Source of the DNA: a virus
Length of the DNA stretch: 64,000 nt
Strand: one strand, 5' to 3'
IMG/VR virus record: IMGVR_UViG_3300008108_000181
Location: 1 to 64,000 of that record
Below are positions 58,855-64,000 of this stretch, piece by piece. The notes under the pieces are model-generated. The model had not been told where the DNA came from. It ran no database searches and saw nothing but the letters and a program-made list of their open reading frames with translations. Numbering within the stretch: the first letter of the stretch is position 1; each line of letters opens with the position of its first letter. The position numbers were made by a program, and so were the translations under genes.

Positions 58855-59595
58855 TTATTTACCATTCTTAAACGATCCTGATATATTTGGTAACATAGAA
58901 TAGAACTCGTCATACGCTTCCAATAGGGAATCCACAACTGGGTGTCTATGGTTAGTAAGTAGAGTATGAGAATCCATATCTTTGATTTTTTTAGACGCAG
59001 ATACCAAGAACTTAAACCCACTTTCTCCTTTTGATTTTAAATCTACTTGTTGTGTATCACCACATACTACCATCTTACTTCTAATACCCAAACGAGATGT
59101 AATCATTTCCATTTGTTCGTTAGTACAATTCTGTGCTTCATCAACAATAATAAATGAATCCAAGAAAGTTCTTCCTCTCATGAATGCAAGTGGTACAATT
59201 TCAACTGTCCCATTTTCTAAAATCTCATCAATTTTTTGTTTGTTGTAAAGTTGGTAGAAGTTTGCATAGACTGGTTGCATCCAAGGTTCCATCTTTTCTC
59301 TAAGGTCTCCTGGTAAGAATCCAATTTCTTCCTTACTAACGGTTGGTCTTGTGATGATGATTTGTTTTACTTCTTTCTTAAACAACATATCCAATGCAAC
59401 CTGACATGCTAGAAGTGTTTTACCACTACCTGCTTTACCACTCAGGATGGTAATTGCATTACTTAAAATCTTTTCTTTGGCTTGTTTTTGTTCTTCATTT
59501 AACTGAAGTTGGAATTTAATAGAACCTTTTGGTCTTTTTTGTTCTGCGATTTGTTCGGTTAATTCTTTATGTTTTGGTGATATATTTGGAGCCAT
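58855..59595 (-). CDS. phoH: PhoH-family ATPase
   Basis: GKAGSGKT, ITRP, IGFLPGDLREKMEPW, PLAFMRGRTF, DEAQN and GDTQQVDL. Confidence 0.95.
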   Translation of the reverse strand: MAPNISPKHKELTEQIAEQKRPKGSIKFQLQLNEEQKQAKEKILSNAITILSGKAGSGKTLLACQVALDMLFKKEVKQIIITRPTVSKEEIGFLPGDLREKMEPWMQPVYANFYQLYNKQKIDEILENGTVEIVPLAFMRGRTFLDSFIIVDEAQNCTNEQMEMITSRLGIRSKMVVCGDTQQVDLKSKGESGFKFLVSASKKIKDMDSHTLLTNHRHPVVDSLLEAYDEFYSMLPNISGSFKNGK

Positions 59596-59609
59596 AAATT
59601 TTGATTTAA

Positions 59610-59972
59610 TTAAATAACATTTTTTTGTTTTTTGGAATCATCTAATTTTTTTCTTGATGATTTGTTTTTAAAATCTGATTTGTACGTTTGTATTAATGCA
59701 CATTTTTCGTATATTTCTTTTTTCACAAACCAATCATTACAATAATCCAAGACGATTAAGTAATCTTTTTGTTCAATCATTACTACTGAAGGAGCATTGA
59801 CATGAACTACAAAACCCACATTTTCTTTCCCATCTAAAATTGCATTGTGTATATTTTGTGCAACTTGCCAGAGAACATCATCTCCATTCTTATTCAAAAA
59901 GTTTTGAACGAATGGGTTGGTTGGAACTAAATATTTTTCCCACCCCACGGTTGTAAAAGCTCTTGTTCTCAT
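59610..59972 (-). CDS. Hypothetical protein
   Basis: 120-aa ORF with a UVR-like E.YEKCA.I segment. Confidence 0.6.
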   Translation of the reverse strand: MRTRAFTTVGWEKYLVPTNPFVQNFLNKNGDDVLWQVAQNIHNAILDGKENVGFVVHVNAPSVVMIEQKDYLIVLDYCNDWFVKKEIYEKCALIQTYKSDFKNKSSRKKLDDSKKQKNVI

Positions 59973-59980
59973 ATCTTATT

Positions 59981-61297
59981 CTATTTTAGTATAAGGTCTA
60001 CATTTCTATCTGATTTTGGTACAACTTGTAATCTTTTTATTTGATTACCAACTTCTATTGGATATGATAAATCATTCGGTTTTACATTTGGACCAAATTG
60101 TGCAAAGATTATTTTTAATGCTTCTTTAACTTGAAGTTCGGTATATTTTGTAACACCCATTTGTCCTTTTGCAGCTAATAATAAGTTTCTCCATTCTTTC
60201 TCATCATCTTCTCGTTCTTTATTGAAAACAACATTTTTACTTTGAAGTGGAGAACGAGTAGTTGATCTTTTCAAGATATATTCTACCCAAGAACCACTTG
60301 CCTTTCTAACTGCTTTATCTAAAATTTCCAATCCCTTTGGAGTTAACGATGCTGCAGTTGCAACTGCTGCTCCACCCACTGCGGTTCCAACCGCCGTACC
60401 CACTGCAGCAACTACTGGAGCTAGAGCACCAAAGGTTGCTAGGGTTGCTGCAACAGCAATTACTGCTCCTAATACTTGAAATCCAACTGGTCCAAATTGT
60501 TTATATTCTTGCTTACCCGGTGGTACTCTTTCACTTAAAATAGCATCTACTAATTTTGGTACAACATCTTCTTCGGGTATAGGTTGTAAGAATCCACTAA
60601 CTTCTAATACTGATGGCAATTCTAAACTATACTCTTCTCGGATTATTTGTGCACCAATTGCTTCGGGGTCTGGTTCTTTATTCTTAATCATTGAATCGTA
60701 TAAAGTTTTTAACCCGATTCCTAAATCTTCATCAGGTACATATTCCCATGAACCCAATTCATCAATTGGTTTTAATTCAATATCACCTACATCTTTACTT
60801 ACCAACCAATCTACATATGTAAGAATATCTTCTTGGGTATCTAATGTTGTTCGTATTTCGGTTTCAGAATATGCCTCAGTAACTTTAAATTTATTTTTTT
60901 TGTGATATTCAGTAAGGAAAAATAAATCCAAATTTATATTTGGTACAGTTCGTATAGAAAACCAAGGATTTCGCTCATTGTATGCTTTGATTAAATCATC
61001 GTACATACCTTGTGATGTGTATGCAGTAGGTGACCCTAAATTTATTATAAATCTAAAATTGGTTTCTGGTATCGGTACAACATTAGCCTTGATAGGATCT
61101 AAAAGTGGGTATGTTACTTCGTTTTCTTCATACACACCTCGTAATATAATATTATCCAATCTCGTAGAAACAAAGTTGGATTTTGGAATACCAGTTTCAT
61201 TAGCAGGGTAATTATTTCCCGGCTCAATTATATTGGTCAAGTTTCCATCCGAATCTCTTTTTGGTAATCCTATATTATCTAATGGTATATACTTCAT
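59981..61297 (-). CDS. Hypothetical late protein with a long Ala/Val/Gly hydrophobic hairpin
   Basis: VLGAVIAVAATLATFGALAPVVAAVGTAVGTAVGGAAVATAASL. Start moved to MKYIPLD, just after the late motif at 61301-61309. Confidence 0.6.
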   Translation of the reverse strand: MKYIPLDNIGLPKRDSDGNLTNIIEPGNNYPANETGIPKSNFVSTRLDNIILRGVYEENEVTYPLLDPIKANVVPIPETNFRFIINLGSPTAYTSQGMYDDLIKAYNERNPWFSIRTVPNINLDLFFLTEYHKKNKFKVTEAYSETEIRTTLDTQEDILTYVDWLVSKDVGDIELKPIDELGSWEYVPDEDLGIGLKTLYDSMIKNKEPDPEAIGAQIIREEYSLELPSVLEVSGFLQPIPEEDVVPKLVDAILSERVPPGKQEYKQFGPVGFQVLGAVIAVAATLATFGALAPVVAAVGTAVGTAVGGAAVATAASLTPKGLEILDKAVRKASGSWVEYILKRSTTRSPLQSKNVVFNKEREDDEKEWRNLLLAAKGQMGVTKYTELQVKEALKIIFAQFGPNVKPNDLSYPIEVGNQIKRLQVVPKSDRNVDLILK

Positions 61298-61338
61298 ACC
61301 TATAAATATCAAATAAGTAGAATTACTTATTCAATAAC

Positions 61339-61791
61339 TTAAATGAGGTGGTCATCGTAAAAACAAACCTTCACTCCTGTCTCCATAAACATATCCCAAC
61401 TTCTTTCTTGGGATTCTTTCCACAACTCTCCCTTTGTCACATCTACTTTTTCACAAAAAATTCGTTTCACACCTGAATTGATAATACCCCTAGCACAATC
61501 TGCACAAGGTAGACCACAACTCAAATACATCGTAGTTCCTTTGGTAGATACACCAATACGAGCTGCATTATAGATTGCATTTCTTTCGGCATGTTCAAAC
61601 CAATAATACTTCTCAGGTCTATCTTGTCTATAATCAAGTCCATCATCCAAACCTCGTGGAAATGAATTATAACCAGTAGATACTATCTCACCATCTTTAC
61701 CAACAATAACTGCACCTATTTGAGTGTATTTATCTTTTGATTTTAGTTTGACAGTATTTGCCAACTGTCTATAATAACTTACCCAATTCAT
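61339..61791 (-). CDS. dCMP deaminase
   Basis: GAVIV...STGYN, HAERNAI and PCADCARGII. Confidence 0.92.
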   Translation of the reverse strand: MNWVSYYRQLANTVKLKSKDKYTQIGAVIVGKDGEIVSTGYNSFPRGLDDGLDYRQDRPEKYYWFEHAERNAIYNAARIGVSTKGTTMYLSCGLPCADCARGIINSGVKRIFCEKVDVTKGELWKESQERSWDMFMETGVKVCFYDDHLI

Positions 61792-61988
61792 CCTACTATA
61801 TTAGCTTCTTCAATCTTTTTACAAAAAATATATGTTCCATTTTGATTACTTTTAAATGCAACATCACACCCTAACCAATCTTTTAATCCTTGTGTATCTT
61901 TGACTCTATCGATTGGATATTCAGCGTGGATTTGATATAGGTTATCATTTATACTTTGAATAGGCCGTTTATATGATGGGTGTCTCAT
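61788..61988 (-). CDS. Hypothetical protein
   Basis: 66-aa ORF, translationally coupled to its neighbours. Confidence 0.6.
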   Translation of the reverse strand: MRHPSYKRPIQSINDNLYQIHAEYPIDRVKDTQGLKDWLGCDVAFKSNQNGTYIFCKKIEEANIVG

Positions 61989-62174
61989 TTAATCTCGTTC
62001 GTTATATGAATCAATTCCTGTTTTTATCATTATCACAAACATAACAATTCCAAACCACTCTAAGAAATTATAGTAGTTAACTGGAAATATAAATCGATTA
62101 AATGAGTATGCGGTAAAGGTAATTAAAAAAAGTACAAATATACCCATCAACCATTCTTTAAATTCGTTATTCAT
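61989..62174 (-). CDS. Small two-TM membrane protein
   Basis: Start moved to MNNEFKEWLMGIFVLF, which overlaps the stop of the upstream ORF. Confidence 0.55.
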   Translation of the reverse strand: MNNEFKEWLMGIFVLFLITFTAYSFNRFIFPVNYYNFLEWFGIVMFVIMIKTGIDSYNERD

Positions 62175-62343
62175 CTTCATCTTCAAATGTTTCCCAAGTT
62201 TTATATTTGGGTTTTCGTTTATAATCAATTTTATTCTTATGGGTTTTTTCGGTCATCTTCTTCCCAACTTGATGGGATACTTCACCAAAACTCATATCAT
62301 CCCACTCAACCTTATCTTGATAGAGATTTTTCTTCTTTGCCAT
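62167..62343 (-). CDS. Small hypothetical protein (58 aa)
   Basis: MAKKKNLYQDKVEWDDMSFGEVSHQVGKKMTEKTHKNKIDYKRKPKYKTWETFEDEDE (manual translation). Confidence 0.55.
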   Translation of the reverse strand: MAKKKNLYQDKVEWDDMSFGEVSHQVGKKMTEKTHKNKIDYKRKPKYKTWETFEDEDE

Positions 62344-62491
62344 TTTCTTTTAACTCAATATTAAGCCCTTCAAATAGTTTTCTATTTCTAACGAATTGGT
62401 CTAAACTCCATATAATATCGTTGGTAGTTAAAGTGGTACTTTCAACTTGACCATCCAAATATTTAATTGTTATTTCGTAAGTCTTATTCAT
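62312..62491 (-). CDS. Small hypothetical protein (59 aa)
   Basis: MNKTYEITIKYLDGQVESTTLTTNDIIWSLDQFVRNRKLFEGLNIELKENGKEEKSLSR (manual translation). Confidence 0.5.
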   Translation of the reverse strand: MNKTYEITIKYLDGQVESTTLTTNDIIWSLDQFVRNRKLFEGLNIELKENGKEEKSLSR

Positions 62492-63086
62492 ACTCTTGTG
62501 GATTTTCTTCTCTATCTTTTAAGTATTCAATATATGCAATTTCTAAATTGGTTGCCATTTCATTTAATTCAGCATACCAATTTTCTGTATAAAAATCATC
62601 TTCATTGTGCATATCCCAATCATATACTTCATCAGTATCTTCCATATCATCGTAATCATACTTACCAACGATAAAGGCACCACTTGGGTCATACGATTCA
62701 TCTTCATATGTTCCTTTCAAATAACAATCTCCATCAATCATTTGTAATTCATCTCTCAATCGTAATAAGAAAGGAATAGGTACTGACCATGCTGATGATA
62801 AAATAATATGGCAATCTTCGGGTAGTTCTGAATAATCAAATTCAACATTCATCCATTTCGGCCCGATTATACTTTCCCATAAATCATTTGATGGAAAATC
62901 AACATCTACATCAAAGTTTTCTTTTTCATTTTTGTAACAATAAGAAGTACCTTCAAGGTTGTTGATGATATCAATTGCATCAACTTCGTAAGTTCCTCTT
63001 CTTGATTTAAAAATTTCTTGTAATCGTTTTGCTACACGTGGTTCATTTGATTTAACGGTAACAAAGGTTTGCATTTCGTTTGCCAT
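62484..63086 (-). CDS. Hypothetical protein (DUF1281/YubB ferredoxin-like fold?)
   Basis: W...IGPKW...SAWSVP...YED pattern resembles the WGTKW...TAWSPP family. Confidence 0.5.
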   Translation of the reverse strand: MANEMQTFVTVKSNEPRVAKRLQEIFKSRRGTYEVDAIDIINNLEGTSYCYKNEKENFDVDVDFPSNDLWESIIGPKWMNVEFDYSELPEDCHIILSSAWSVPIPFLLRLRDELQMIDGDCYLKGTYEDESYDPSGAFIVGKYDYDDMEDTDEVYDWDMHNEDDFYTENWYAELNEMATNLEIAYIEYLKDREENPQEYE

Positions 63087-63097
63087 TTGTTTTTTGT

Positions 63098-63280
63098 TTA
63101 TAATTTATGTCCTAATTTTTCGTTTATTGATTTCATGTGTTTACATGGTTGGAATCTTCGAAACATTCTTGCCTCGCAAGTACAATCGGTAATCTTCCAA
63201 TCTTTTACTGTTACTTTGTAGTATTTCAATTTACCTGTCTTTTTATCACGAGAACCCATCTCATTATAAAACCATTCCAT
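63098..63280 (-). CDS. SWIM zinc-finger protein
   Basis: CTCEARMFRRFQPCKH (CxC...CKH). Confidence 0.7.
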   Translation of the reverse strand: MEWFYNEMGSRDKKTGKLKYYKVTVKDWKITDCTCEARMFRRFQPCKHMKSINEKLGHKL

Positions 63281-63306
63281 ATCTTTAGAGTTTATATCTT
63301 ATGTAA

Positions 63307-63338
63307 CAAAGATAGTAAAAATTTGTTACAATTCCAAA
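63307..63338 (-). promoter_or_regulatory. Bacteroidota-type promoter
   Basis: Minus strand TTTGGAAT...CTATCTTTG upstream of 63280. Confidence 0.55.
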
Positions 63339-63341
63339 TCA

Positions 63342-63998
63342 TTAGATATAAATTTTTTCTATTAAATCTTTATTAGCTTCATATACCTTAATTGTATCAC
63401 CAAATATAAATTTTCCCAAATCTCTATGGATATGATTTTCAATAATTGTTTTATTAAAAAGATTTTCCTGATTGTATATGAATCTTTCTTTGTTTTTAAG
63501 GTATAATGAATGTATATCTATTTTTGATAATTTTATTATTTGTTGTGTAATTATCAATACTTTTTTTGATAAATCACTGCCTTCAAATCCACGATATGTA
63601 ATTGGTTCGATTAAATCATATGAATGGTCTATAATGTCATCAAACATATCAAAATCCATTTTTCGTAAATCATTTACGATTCCGTAGTGGCCTAGTATTA
63701 TTGGAAATTGTAAATTATAAAAAGGCTTGATACATTTTTCAGTTTTAAAAGGTAATAAATCATGTCTTGATTCGGTTACAACTTCCACATAAGAATTGCT
63801 ACTTAACAGTGGATGTAATCCAAAAAAATTATTACTAAATAATGTATCATCAAGAGTTATTTGTGGAATATTATATGTGATGGTTTTGTTTGAATCTATA
63901 TTAAAGTATTGATAAATGTTTTGATTTGATTTAAAGGTTACATATCCTATATTCAATAAATTATTACTAATCAAAGAATCAACCATTTTAACTCGATG
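63342..63998 (-). CDS. Putative glycosyltransferase-like protein (GT10-like motif); 5' end lies outside the window
   Basis: EVVTES...KTEKCIKPFYNLQFPIILG...FDMFDDIIDHSYD. The frame is open to the window edge (HRVKMVDSL). Confidence 0.55.
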   Translation of the reverse strand, partial: HRVKMVDSLISNNLLNIGYVTFKSNQNIYQYFNIDSNKTITYNIPQITLDDTLFSNNFFGLHPLLSSNSYVEVVTESRHDLLPFKTEKCIKPFYNLQFPIILGHYGIVNDLRKMDFDMFDDIIDHSYDLIEPITYRGFEGSDLSKKVLIITQQIIKLSKIDIHSLYLKNKERFIYNQENLFNKTIIENHIHRDLGKFIFGDTIKVYEANKDLIEKIYI

Positions 63999-64000
63999 TA

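Noticed and set aside
433-63687. Numerous 60-125 aa plus-strand ORFs and nested minus-strand ORFs in the ORF track
   Set aside because: They lie antisense to, or out of frame within, well-supported minus-strand genes and show no motifs. Treated as shadow ORFs.
1-64000. CRISPR array, tRNA or rRNA genes
   Set aside because: Intergenic gaps are short, and I saw no regularly spaced repeats or cloverleaf-type sequences.
1-64000. Stop-codon reassignment as in some large phages
   Set aside because: Recognisable genes are full-length under the standard code, and TAA, TAG and TGA all occur at plausible gene ends.

Overview
This AT-rich window looks like part of a large contractile-tailed (T4-like/jumbo) bacteriophage genome, probably infecting Bacteroidota: TAnnTTTG promoter elements precede the early genes, and a Bacteroidota-type TonB receptor plus lipoprotein pair is present. 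Almost all genes are on the minus strand. From left to right it contains: a truncated large virion gene; a fused SbcD-SbcC (gp47-gp46) nuclease-ATPase; a primase; a baseplate/tail module (gp6, gp25, gp5/gpV-like spike, tail-collar-like proteins) interrupted by the TonB receptor insert; three tandem peptidoglycan-hydrolase genes; a gp55-like sigma factor; and nucleotide-metabolism and auxiliary genes (thyA, dCMP deaminase, NT5C, PhoH, UvsE, IscA, peptide deformylase, Hsp20, carbamoyltransferase). The strongest candidate for a new system is at 49.7-58.8 kb. There, a 645-aa protein reads as a permuted ATP-grasp-like domain, a Hint domain, an 80-aa Cys/Tyr/Gly-rich peptide and a peptidase-S74 autocleavage domain, so the peptide is flanked by two self-cleaving modules. 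It is followed by about ten genes for tailoring-type proteins, most of which end in the same basic-then-hydrophobic tag (e.g. KSLI, KTLI). A second candidate is a spike-adjacent domain that appears split into three fragments, each fused to a different cell-wall hydrolase. All family assignments come from motif recognition by eye; no database searches were run.
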